This document shows, one piece after another, positions 54,933 through 63,859 of a stretch of 64,000 nucleotides of DNA. Each line of letters opens with the position of its first letter. Positions within the stretch are counted from its first letter, which is position 1. The stretch is from sequence record LC778249.1. One strand, given 5' to 3'. The position numbers and the translations under genes are program-made. The notes beneath the pieces were generated by a model. The model did not search any database. It was not told the DNA's origin and saw nothing but the letters and a program-made list of their open reading frames with translations.

Positions 54933-55145
54933 ATGAAAAACTTTATGGGATATGTTTTTGCGCTTGCAATCGATCTAGTTCTGGTGTATGGTTTAGTTCT
55001 AAACAAACAAATCATGGATGTTTCATACGACGAAGTATTTTACCTTGTCTATGGATGCATCTTTTACGGACTAATTACATACATTAGCTGTCGAGAATCA
55101 TTCGGTGTTAATGTACTGAAATACAATAAAATCATAGAGGTTTGA
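54933..55145 (+). CDS. small membrane protein
   Basis: AAGGAG SD, two hydrophobic stretches. Confidence 0.65.
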   Translation: MKNFMGYVFALAIDLVLVYGLVLNKQIMDVSYDEVFYLVYGCIFYGLITYISCRESFGVNVLKYNKIIEV

Positions 55146-55146
55146 A

Positions 55147-55605
55147 ATGGAAATGCAGAAAGTAAACGGTGAACATCACGATTCCGAAATCGTTCTGATT
55201 GGTCATTTGGAAGTAGGCTATGCTGCCGGTGGATATATCTACAATGATAAAGCCGGTCGATTCGCTGATGGCATTCAAGTGGTTACGTCTTCGGTTGTTG
55301 AAATTGGTGACGATTGGTTCCGAACCCGAAATACCGTTTACAAAATTCTGAAAGGTATTCCAGTTGTTGACTCGGTAGATCGTATCCCGACCACACACGA
55401 AATCGCTCGGGCTATGCTCGCAGCAAAAGACGTTCCGCTGTATGCACTTCGATATGAAGGTGATCTGGAAGGTGAATACACCTCGATGATGTCCCGTATC
55501 AGTTGCATCGATTACGGTGTCGTCAAGGGTGCCGCTGTTGTTGTTCAAGAGGAACAAGAAATCGACATCGCCGAACTGGAAGATCAACTCTATAATGGAA
55601 AGTGA
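55147..55605 (+). CDS. hypothetical protein
   Basis: GAGG SD; GYIYND..RFADG..TS..TRNTVY. Confidence 0.7.
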   Translation: MEMQKVNGEHHDSEIVLIGHLEVGYAAGGYIYNDKAGRFADGIQVVTSSVVEIGDDWFRTRNTVYKILKGIPVVDSVDRIPTTHEIARAMLAAKDVPLYALRYEGDLEGEYTSMMSRISCIDYGVVKGAAVVVQEEQEIDIAELEDQLYNGK

Positions 55606-55768
55606 TACGGGATTAGCTAGACTAGCTAAGAGTTTAGAACGTAACGCCAGACGTCGCCAGAGACGATATGGCACGATTCAACCACAAATGAGCATGGATG
55701 CTATGTCTAAGTTATTGGAAGCTGCTAGAAAGCGTCCTGTTAATCTTAGGAGTGAAATGACTTGCTAG
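55595..55768 (+). CDS. small basic hypothetical protein
   Basis: Fills the gap; overlaps neighbours. Confidence 0.45.
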   Translation: MESDTGLARLAKSLERNARRRQRRYGTIQPQMSMDAMSKLLEAARKRPVNLRSEMTC

Positions 55769-56238
55769 ACATATCAGTGTCGGCACTTTATCCAGCTAAT
55801 GAGTTATCGAACTTAGCGAAACATGAATTCATTTTCGATGGTGTTCGTTGTGGTAGCATGGAGGGACTGTTGCAGTCCCTCAAATTCCAAGATGTTGAAA
55901 AACAGATTGCGATTGCTGCTATGTGGGGAACTGGGGCTAAGTTTCGCGGTGCTAAGAAAGCTTGGTACAACGATCAAACACTTTACTGGAAAGGTGTGCC
56001 GTTTAGTAGACACTCAGAGGCTTACCAGAACTTACTGGATAATGCCTATGATGAACTATTTGTTCAATCAGAAAGTTTTAGAAAAGCGTTGACATCAAGT
56101 GGAAACACTGTATTATGTCACTCTATTGGTCATAATGACCCGATGCGAACAATTTTAACCGTTGAGGAATTCTTATGCAGGATGAAAAGATTAAGATCGC
56201 TATTGTCGGCGGCGAACCAATCGGACGCGCCGCGCTGA
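55762..56238 (+). CDS. 30.3: 30.3-like NADAR-family protein
   Basis: LSNLA..F.FDG...SMEGLLQ, TLYWKG.PFSR, TILT.EEF. Confidence 0.85.
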   Translation: MLDISVSALYPANELSNLAKHEFIFDGVRCGSMEGLLQSLKFQDVEKQIAIAAMWGTGAKFRGAKKAWYNDQTLYWKGVPFSRHSEAYQNLLDNAYDELFVQSESFRKALTSSGNTVLCHSIGHNDPMRTILTVEEFLCRMKRLRSLLSAANQSDAPR

Positions 56239-56501
56239 TTCAAGCGTTGATGGACGATGAACGTGTTACAGTTCTGATGGAAAACATGGAAATGACAGTC
56301 GAACAAATAGCCGATAAAGTCGAACAGTTTCAAGAAGAACTGAACGAAGAAAAGAAAAACCGGATTAAACTCGTTCAATCCATCAGCATGATCAACGATT
56401 TGACTTGGGAATCTCCGGCTGAATTCAGCACTAGCGCGTTTCGAGAAACTCCGCATTGGTTGCAACATGGTAACAAGCGCGGTATCTACAAATGTCGGTA
56501 G
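56175..56501 (+). CDS. hypothetical coiled-coil protein
   Basis: GAGGA SD. Confidence 0.6.
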   Translation: MQDEKIKIAIVGGEPIGRAALIQALMDDERVTVLMENMEMTVEQIADKVEQFQEELNEEKKNRIKLVQSISMINDLTWESPAEFSTSAFRETPHWLQHGNKRGIYKCR

Positions 56502-56734
56502 CTTACAAAATCGATGGGATTCCTGTTGACTCGTTCATTTATCAAGCGTATATTAACCGAAAGCACGAAAATGGTGAGGCAGTTCTTTATACCGAGGATT
56601 ACATCGTCGTTACTTACTTCACGTTACAATCGTCATTTACGGTGACCTATGACCGCTGCGGCAACCCTATATCCAATTCTGCAACCGGAAACGACTCGCG
56701 TTTCCTTAAGGCAAGACATGATCTTACAATCTGA
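56492..56734 (+). CDS. hypothetical protein
   Basis: Coupled ORF. Confidence 0.55.
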   Translation: MSVAYKIDGIPVDSFIYQAYINRKHENGEAVLYTEDYIVVTYFTLQSSFTVTYDRCGNPISNSATGNDSRFLKARHDLTI

Positions 56735-57383
56735 AAAGAAAATTTTCGTCACTGATGTTGACGGCGTTTTGCTCTCATGGGCTTCCAATCTGCCGTTCTT
56801 CTGTGCTGAATACAATATTCCGACGGACGTTGTAATCGATCTCATTATCGATGAACGATTCCGTAAAGCTGGAGAGATTTTCCAATGCAATCAAGAGCAT
56901 GGCGAAAATCTGATCCGCATGTATAATAACTCAAAGTGGTTTCGTGGTCTGAAAGCATATGACGACGCGCTCCTGTGGGTTAACAAGCTGAAATCAAAAT
57001 ATGATTTCGTTGCAACAACTGCTATTGGCTCTGACTTCCAAGTCAGTGTTAATCGAATGTCAAATCTCAATGTGCTGTTTCCTGGCGCATTTAAAGAAAT
57101 TTTGACTTGTGATCACCACGAATCTAAGCGTAAAATGTTCCTTCACGTAAAAGAGAAATACGGCGAACAGAATGTTGTAGGCTATGCTGATGATCTTTAT
57201 CATCACTTGCAAACATTCCATACCGTCTTTTCCGCTGACGTACCGAAGTTTCATGTACTGCGTGGACAAAACAAAAGCTATAAATCGAGTATGACAAGTC
57301 GTTATGACGTATCCGGTTTTGGCGAAATCGCCAATATCCTGAGTGCGAGAGAATCAATCAACGAAGATCTGGACGGTATCTAA
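56718..57383 (+). CDS. 30.2: 30.2-like HAD phosphatase / 5'-nucleotidase
   Basis: TDVDGVLLSW..LPFF, LNVLFPGAF, ADDLYHH. Confidence 0.88.
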   Translation: MILQSEKKIFVTDVDGVLLSWASNLPFFCAEYNIPTDVVIDLIIDERFRKAGEIFQCNQEHGENLIRMYNNSKWFRGLKAYDDALLWVNKLKSKYDFVATTAIGSDFQVSVNRMSNLNVLFPGAFKEILTCDHHESKRKMFLHVKEKYGEQNVVGYADDLYHHLQTFHTVFSADVPKFHVLRGQNKSYKSSMTSRYDVSGFGEIANILSARESINEDLDGI

Positions 57384-57775
57384 TGCCTATTTTGAGAGAG
57401 AAAGTAAACGGTAGTTATGTTAGCTTGACTGCTACCAAAGTTGACTTATTTGGTAACAAGTTGGAAATTGGCGATTTGGTAGCTCACTCTGGTAACGGTT
57501 ACGGTATTGTCACTCGCGTGACTAAAGCTGGTGCTCGGGTACAAGAGTTCGGTAGTTTAGATCTTGGCAATGAATATAACATCCAAGATGTTGACAAAGC
57601 ACAACGTTGGCATATGCCAGCTTGGACTTGTGACAAAATGGTTAAGTGTATGACTGTTCAACGGGAGATCGTTGAAGTTCTACCTTCTCAGGATTTCGTC
57701 GTCAAATACACCATGAACAACGGATTCCACTTCTTCGCGAAATTCGATGTTTCTTATATGGGAGAAATCGTGTGA
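57383..57775 (+). CDS. hypothetical protein
   Basis: TAATG coupling; DLFGNKLEIGD motif. Confidence 0.7.
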   Translation: MPILREKVNGSYVSLTATKVDLFGNKLEIGDLVAHSGNGYGIVTRVTKAGARVQEFGSLDLGNEYNIQDVDKAQRWHMPAWTCDKMVKCMTVQREIVEVLPSQDFVVKYTMNNGFHFFAKFDVSYMGEIV

Positions 57776-58182
57776 AGAAGTGTTATGTTTTCATCAATCG
57801 TTATCTCGGAGATAAACAAGCTGGCATCCAAGCCGCTCACGCTATCGCACGGATGATGATACAGCCTCCAAAAGAAGTGTTGCGTTGGGCAGTAGAACAT
57901 GAGACACTGGTGCTATTGAATGGCGGGGACCATAATGATCTCGAACGTCTGATGGAATACAACTGCGATGAAACTAAAATGTTTGAATTTCGTGAGCCGG
58001 GATTAAACAACGCTATTACTGCTGTTGCTTATGTTCCGAATGAAGCACATGAAAATCGAATCGATGTTTTCAAAGCATATCAGAAGACTGGATTTGAATA
58101 TGAGCTTAATACCGGTTCAAATGCAGTGACAAACGACTATCTTTGCGATCTGATTACTCGGTCGCATTCATTCAGAGGTTAA
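57772..58182 (+). CDS. peptidyl-tRNA hydrolase II-like protein
   Basis: YVFI...GIQAAHA...W...TLVLL...FREPGLNNAITAVA. Confidence 0.55.
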   Translation: MKKCYVFINRYLGDKQAGIQAAHAIARMMIQPPKEVLRWAVEHETLVLLNGGDHNDLERLMEYNCDETKMFEFREPGLNNAITAVAYVPNEAHENRIDVFKAYQKTGFEYELNTGSNAVTNDYLCDLITRSHSFRG

Positions 58183-58183
58183 T

Positions 58184-58573
58184 ATGGGGTTATGGAATCG
58201 TGCTATTAAAGCACTAAGAGCAAAGACAGTTCAACAATGTAACATCGTCGTTAATGGCAAGAATATCGTCGGTAGAGATCTGGTGATTGACGGCAAGCGT
58301 GTCATTGTTGATGGTGTCGAGATTGACAACTCGCCGATTATCAACATCGAGATTCAAGGCAACTGTGAATTCGTGAACCTTGGAGCTGGTAATGTTACCG
58401 TTCGAGGTAACGTCCATGATGTCGAGACTGGTTCGGGTGATATCAGCATATGTGGCAACGTTGATGGTAACGTAGAAACTGGCGCTGGTGCGGTTGATGT
58501 TGGCGGTTACATTCATGGCGACGTTAGCACTGGCGCGGGTGATATCATTTATCAAAAACCATCGATTCACTGA
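58184..58573 (+). CDS. beta-solenoid (bactofilin-like) protein
   Basis: Repeats GNVHDVETGSGDI / GNVDGNVETGAGAV / GYIHGDVSTGAGDI. Confidence 0.6.
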   Translation: MGLWNRAIKALRAKTVQQCNIVVNGKNIVGRDLVIDGKRVIVDGVEIDNSPIINIEIQGNCEFVNLGAGNVTVRGNVHDVETGSGDISICGNVDGNVETGAGAVDVGGYIHGDVSTGAGDIIYQKPSIH

Positions 58574-58610
58574 TTGACAAGACTGTGGCACCTGCTATAA
58601 TGGTGCCACA
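58574..58610 (+). promoter_or_regulatory. early promoter for ligase with a 9-bp inverted repeat
   Basis: TTGACA-16-TATAAT with TGn; TGTGGCACC/GGTGCCACA. Confidence 0.85.
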
Positions 58611-58628
58611 TTCAATAGAGGAAATGAA

Positions 58629-60116
58629 ATGCTTATTGCACTCGACATTTTGAAAGCAATCGCTGCCGAAGATTCAACGAACAAGAAACAAAGCATCGTG
58701 GAACATCATAAAGATTTTCCTGGTCTGAGTACCTGTTTCAAGTTTGCTTACAACAAGCAAATCAACTTTGGTATCAACAAAAAGACTTTCCCGATTGTGG
58801 CTAACTTCCACAATAAGACAACTTTGGTACAATCTTTCGAGTTCATCGAAACTTATCTGATGACTCGCGCACTGACCGGTAACGCTGCAATCGAAGAACT
58901 GGCAAAAACTCTGTCTATGGGCAACGCTCAGGATTATGAGGTTGTGCGTCGTGTGATGTATCGTGACCTCGAAATCGGCATAGGTGCAACTATCGCTAAC
59001 AAAGTGTGGGACGACCTCTGTCCGAAACAGCCGCAGATGCTGGCACAGCCCGAATGTGATATTCTGTCTGCCGCTATCATCAAGCGTGGTCATGCAATCG
59101 CTGAACTGAAAGCCGATGGTGCGCGTTGCTTTACTGATATCGACGCCGATTCCGATACCGTCACTATGTATTCTCGCAGTGGTAATGAGTATCTTGGACT
59201 GGACAAGCTGAAAGCGGCAATTGCTGAAAGCGGTATGTCAAACTGGGTTATCGATGGTGAGCTGGTTTATCGTAAGAAAGTTCAGCCGACTGGGCTGTCT
59301 GCGCTGATGGAAGATGATACCGACGACTTCGAAAAGTCTGAGGATGTATCCGACCGCGAAGAAGGTAACGGCATCGTAAATAAGAGCCTGAAAAATACCA
59401 TCTCGGATGACGAGGCAGATTGTATCGTCTATCAAGTTTGGGATATTATTCCGCGCGATGTTTACTATGGCAAGCGCGATTGTCCGAAAGACTTCTATTT
59501 TGAGAAGCGTCGGGAAATGCTGGAAGCGTTTGTGAATCGTTGCGATAGCTTCCGAGTGGAGATCATCGAGCAGACTAAGGTAACGACTCTGGCCGAAGCC
59601 AAAGCGGTATACCGTCGTTATCGCGACCTTGGTTACGAAGGGATCATTCTGAAATGTGGTCTCAACTTGTGGAAGAACACTCGTAGCAAGGATCAGGTCA
59701 AGTTCAAAGAAAAGGTTCGTGTTGACGTCGAGGTAATTGCCGTGTACGAACACGAAAAGGATCCGAATAAAGTTGGTGGATTCACGATTCGAACTGCCGA
59801 TGGTTTGGTGACTTGTAACTGTGGCTCCGGTTTTACCGACACAACTCAAGTCAAGGACAAGAAGACAAAACAGTGGATTCCTATCCCACTCAGTCAACGG
59901 GACGAACTTGATCGCGAATATCTGATGTCAATTAAAGATGAACTGATCGGTTCTATCTGGGAAATCGAGTGTAACGGTCTGACTCGAAACAAGAAAAAGA
60001 AATCGGAAGTCAGTTTCTTTCTGCCAATCATCAAACTGCGGCGCATCGACAAAACCGAAGCGAATCGTGTTGATGAAGCATTCGACGAGAAGACAGTCAA
60101 GAAGTTTTTCGGTTAA
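58629..60116 (+). CDS. 30: ATP-dependent DNA ligase gp30
   Basis: ELKADGAR, IDGEL, YQVWD, EGIILK, KFKE, FFLP. Confidence 0.96.
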   Translation: MLIALDILKAIAAEDSTNKKQSIVEHHKDFPGLSTCFKFAYNKQINFGINKKTFPIVANFHNKTTLVQSFEFIETYLMTRALTGNAAIEELAKTLSMGNAQDYEVVRRVMYRDLEIGIGATIANKVWDDLCPKQPQMLAQPECDILSAAIIKRGHAIAELKADGARCFTDIDADSDTVTMYSRSGNEYLGLDKLKAAIAESGMSNWVIDGELVYRKKVQPTGLSALMEDDTDDFEKSEDVSDREEGNGIVNKSLKNTISDDEADCIVYQVWDIIPRDVYYGKRDCPKDFYFEKRREMLEAFVNRCDSFRVEIIEQTKVTTLAEAKAVYRRYRDLGYEGIILKCGLNLWKNTRSKDQVKFKEKVRVDVEVIAVYEHEKDPNKVGGFTIRTADGLVTCNCGSGFTDTTQVKDKKTKQWIPIPLSQRDELDREYLMSIKDELIGSIWEIECNGLTRNKKKKSEVSFFLPIIKLRRIDKTEANRVDEAFDEKTVKKFFG

Positions 60117-60145
60117 AAAGAAAGGGAGCCCGAGGGCTCCCTTTT
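60117..60145. terminator. bidirectional terminator
   Basis: Stem-loop is the reverse complement of the one at 8333-8356. Confidence 0.85.
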
Positions 60146-62087
60146 AGATCAGTCGCGAGCAATATTTTGCCGCAATGCGCTCTATTTCTTCTTTTTCTTT
60201 CTTAGTCAAACGCTTTGTGAATGCGTCGCTGTTAACCGCAGTCATAAATCCTACCGCAGCGTCCATTCTTTCTTGTTCCTTGCTTGATTTCTTCTTTGCT
60301 TCTGTCATAATGCTAGAAGAACGACAGAATTCGGTGAATTCAACAAGTCTTCCTGTTTCGGCAAATTCGTCGCCATCATAAATGACTTCGTTGATGCTGA
60401 TCTCGGAATGGGGAACAACCGAACACTCAAATACGATGTGAGATACACCCGAATCAAATGGATTTACCTTTGCTGTTGCCATGTCATTGATTCGAATTGT
60501 TGTGCCTCTAGGCAAAATAATCTCACACTCAGCCGCAAATGGACTATGGGCCCCTGGAATCAGAACTGGTATACTATCTAGACCATTGATCATGAATGCC
60601 GCGATAACACGTTCGTGTGCCATAGTTTTCCCTTCCAGGGATTCAACTCGATCCGCTGCGGTCATGATCTTGGCTATTTTTGCTTTATCGTTTCCACCAA
60701 ACGTAAATCCGACTTTTGGATTCAATGATGTACTGACAAACGATCTAAAGTAGAATAGCTTGGATTTCGCTGCCGAACTTGCTTCCTCTGACTTCAATTG
60801 AGAACCACGATAAACAGTTAGCTTTGGATCAACTCTAACTCCAGCTTCCATGAAAGCGAGATCTAATTCTTGAATGATATTAGCAACGCTTGAACTTGTT
60901 CCGCCCTCGATTAGAAACTCATTCATTGCAGTAAATCCTTGACCGCAATATTTCTCAATCGCTTTTTTGTTTGCTGTTGACATACTGGGTTTGTATTGCT
61001 GATAAGAACGAGTGATAGGAACGCTAACTCCCTCAACGATGCCGCTAACAAATATGGCGTCCATGATGTTAATCGCTTCTTTCTCGTTGCCGGTTACTTC
61101 TTCTTCAACAAATCGTTTAACTTCCTCATATTTTGGAGTCTTGCGCAAAAAGTCGGCCATGGTGATCCCCATTTCGACGATCTTGAGCGCGTATTCTCTA
61201 GCTTCCGTTGCATCTGCCATAGAGTTCAATGAAATTGCGTCCATTAGACCACCACGAGCCATGGCTTTGAATTCTTGCGACAAGTCTTTAGCTCCCATTA
61301 TGGGATTGTCCGGTTCATAATACAGCCCGTATAGCTCAGACATCTTAAATTCTGGACGCTTTGTTGCATCAAAAGTTCTAATGATCGGTGGATTTTTCTT
61401 CTCGAAATCGATTACTCTATCGTTAGCAGGTGCACTTGCAACAATTTCGCTGAATTTCACCTTAGACGGCACAGCAAGCTTGATCTTTGGTTCAATCTTC
61501 GATACAATCTCTTCCACTGCTGTTTCGTTTGCGTCGATTTGATCCAGTGTCAAGCTTTGGACATCTTCGTCCTTGATACCGAACACTTCTGCGGCGGTAG
61601 GAGACTTGCCTTTGCGAGTCATGAAAACATAGTTGAAACCTTTTTCGCCAACATTAACAACGCCCTTTTGTTCAAAAGGAACAGCGGACTTTTTGATGTA
61701 GCGGGCGATCAGTGAGCTAACGGTTTCCGCGCGTCCCATAGAAGCAGGAACACGGAAAATAACTACATCATTTAGCTTGTTATCGTGAGTTTCGTTTGCT
61801 ATAATCTCAGCAACGGTTGCAATCACATTTGGTGCCTGCGGAATCATTTTAACTGTCTTCGATGTTTTACCACTTGCATCGATAGAGAACATGTGAAATA
61901 CTGATGGTAGTTTAGATTTTCTGTAAGCAGTGAGTCCAGATGTTCTGAGACTATTTGCTTTGACACCTAAAGTTTTACCTGCTACAGTAAATGTCCAAAT
62001 ATCATTCGTTGATGATGTTACTGTTGCTTTGACTGCCGAATACGGGAGCGGAGACGCCTCAGTCAGCAGCATATCTTTTATACTCAT
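60144..62087 (-). CDS. alt: Alt-like ADP-ribosyltransferase
   Basis: R-S-E motifs VYRG, FVSTSL, AECEIILPRG; adjacent to gene 30. Confidence 0.9.
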   Translation of the reverse strand: MSIKDMLLTEASPLPYSAVKATVTSSTNDIWTFTVAGKTLGVKANSLRTSGLTAYRKSKLPSVFHMFSIDASGKTSKTVKMIPQAPNVIATVAEIIANETHDNKLNDVVIFRVPASMGRAETVSSLIARYIKKSAVPFEQKGVVNVGEKGFNYVFMTRKGKSPTAAEVFGIKDEDVQSLTLDQIDANETAVEEIVSKIEPKIKLAVPSKVKFSEIVASAPANDRVIDFEKKNPPIIRTFDATKRPEFKMSELYGLYYEPDNPIMGAKDLSQEFKAMARGGLMDAISLNSMADATEAREYALKIVEMGITMADFLRKTPKYEEVKRFVEEEVTGNEKEAINIMDAIFVSGIVEGVSVPITRSYQQYKPSMSTANKKAIEKYCGQGFTAMNEFLIEGGTSSSVANIIQELDLAFMEAGVRVDPKLTVYRGSQLKSEEASSAAKSKLFYFRSFVSTSLNPKVGFTFGGNDKAKIAKIMTAADRVESLEGKTMAHERVIAAFMINGLDSIPVLIPGAHSPFAAECEIILPRGTTIRINDMATAKVNPFDSGVSHIVFECSVVPHSEISINEVIYDGDEFAETGRLVEFTEFCRSSSIMTEAKKKSSKEQERMDAAVGFMTAVNSDAFTKRLTKKEKEEIERIAAKYCSRLI

Positions 62088-62119
62088 TGAATACTCCGTT
62101 TGTTTATTTTACTATTTAG
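62087..62119. promoter_or_regulatory. overlapping divergent early (+) and late (-) promoters
   Basis: TTGAAT-17-TACTAT on plus; CTAAATA at 62113-62119 on minus. Confidence 0.5.
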
Positions 62120-62129
62120 AGGAATTATC

Positions 62130-62465
62130 ATGCAAAACATCGAAGCAATCATTGCCTACAATCTGCGTCGTCGCGTTGGTACCCTGGTAGAAGAAGTCGG
62201 TAATTTCCCGATTAAACTTTATACCTTCGTTGGCGAAGACGGCGAAATGGAAGATGTGGACATCGTTAGTCTGATTGACGCGATGCGCGATTCCCTCGAA
62301 GGAAAGCATGGAGCAAAACTGTTTGGTCTGGATATCGGTGATATCTGGGTAACTCATATTGATAATGAGTTTAGTCCGTTTACATTCGACATCAACGGTC
62401 AGATTTATTTCTGTGTTCAGAATACTGATCCAGATGTCGTCCAGAAATTCGTAGAGGAGTATTAA
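62130..62465 (+). CDS. hypothetical acidic protein
   Basis: GAGGA SD. Confidence 0.7.
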   Translation: MQNIEAIIAYNLRRRVGTLVEEVGNFPIKLYTFVGEDGEMEDVDIVSLIDAMRDSLEGKHGAKLFGLDIGDIWVTHIDNEFSPFTFDINGQIYFCVQNTDPDVVQKFVEEY

Positions 62466-63829
62466 TGAGCGAGGCAGAAAGCCTATTAGCAAAAATTATA
62501 CTTACCGACTGCCAGAAACGTTCGATTGATGCGGTATTGAATGACCGTTCGCATATCACGATATCTGGTCCTGCTGGCAGCGGTAAGTCGTTCTTGACTA
62601 AGATTTTGATCAAGAAGCTGATCGAAAAGAATAATGGTGGTGTTATCCTGTCTGCGCCAACTCACCAAGCTAAGATCGTTCTTAGCAAAATGAGTGGGTA
62701 TACCGCAAGCACGATTCACAGTATCATGAAGATTCACCCGGATACATATGAAGACGTTCGGGAGTTCAAACAGTCAAAGAGCGATAAGGCGAAAAAAGAT
62801 CTGAACGAAGTTCGGTATCTAATCGTCGATGAAGCAAGTATGGTAGATAACGATCTGTTTGAAATCATACTGAAATCCGTGCATCCTTATTGTCAGATTA
62901 TCGGCATCGGGGATAAACATCAAATCCAGCCCGTGCGTCACGCACCTGGTGAAATTAGTCCGTTCTTTACCGACAAGCGTTTCCGTCTGTCTGAAATGAA
63001 TACGATTGTTCGTCAACAAGCGGGTAATCCAATCATTCAGGTAGCTACTAAGATTCGTCAAGGAGGTTGGTTCGAGACGAATTGGGATAAAGAAACTGGA
63101 ACCGGTGTTCTTGATGTCAAGAATATTGCCAATCTGATGAAAGTTTATCTATCTAAGGTTAAAACACCAGAAGATCTGCTAAACTATCGAATGCTGGCTT
63201 ATACCAATGAAGTCGTGAACAGCTTCAACCGAGTGATCCGAAAGCAAGTCTATCAGACTACCGAGCCATTCATCGATAGCGAATATCTCGTTATGCAAGA
63301 GCCGGTTATTCGTGAAACTGACGTTGGTGGAGAAACTTTCACCGAAACATTGCTTAACAACGGAGAAACTGTTAAGATCATTCCAGGATCGATTAAGCGC
63401 GAGTCGAGATACATCAACTTGCCTATGGTAGATCCAGTGCAAATCGAAGTCGCGACTATGATGGTCGAACGTACCGAGGTCGATCTGACTGATGATGTTG
63501 ACGCGGAAACTGAGGTAGAAATCTCTGTTGTCTGGGACGCCAACAGTCAGGTACAGCTTGACGAAGCTCTGTCCTATGCTGCTAGTCAGTACAAAGCGAT
63601 GGGTAAGGGTAAAGCGACAACTCGGTACTGGGAAATCTTCTGGGAAGTGAAAAACATGTTCACTAATACCAAGAGTCTTGGTGCATCGACTTTCCACAAG
63701 AGTCAAGGAACGACTGTCATCGGCGTTTGTGTTTATACCGGTGATATGAACTTTGCACAGTTCGAAATTCAAACGCAACTTGGCTATGTCGGTTGCACTC
63801 GCGCCCAGAAATGGGTAATGTATTGCTAA
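62465..63829 (+). CDS. dda: Dda SF1B helicase
   Basis: GPAGSGKS, APTHQA, VDEASM, GDKHQIQPV, TFHKSQG, YVGCTRA. Confidence 0.95.
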   Translation: MSEAESLLAKIILTDCQKRSIDAVLNDRSHITISGPAGSGKSFLTKILIKKLIEKNNGGVILSAPTHQAKIVLSKMSGYTASTIHSIMKIHPDTYEDVREFKQSKSDKAKKDLNEVRYLIVDEASMVDNDLFEIILKSVHPYCQIIGIGDKHQIQPVRHAPGEISPFFTDKRFRLSEMNTIVRQQAGNPIIQVATKIRQGGWFETNWDKETGTGVLDVKNIANLMKVYLSKVKTPEDLLNYRMLAYTNEVVNSFNRVIRKQVYQTTEPFIDSEYLVMQEPVIRETDVGGETFTETLLNNGETVKIIPGSIKRESRYINLPMVDPVQIEVATMMVERTEVDLTDDVDAETEVEISVVWDANSQVQLDEALSYAASQYKAMGKGKATTRYWEIFWEVKNMFTNTKSLGASTFHKSQGTTVIGVCVYTGDMNFAQFEIQTQLGYVGCTRAQKWVMYC

Positions 63830-63859
63830 GGGGCTACTGCCCCTCATAAGGAAATAAAA

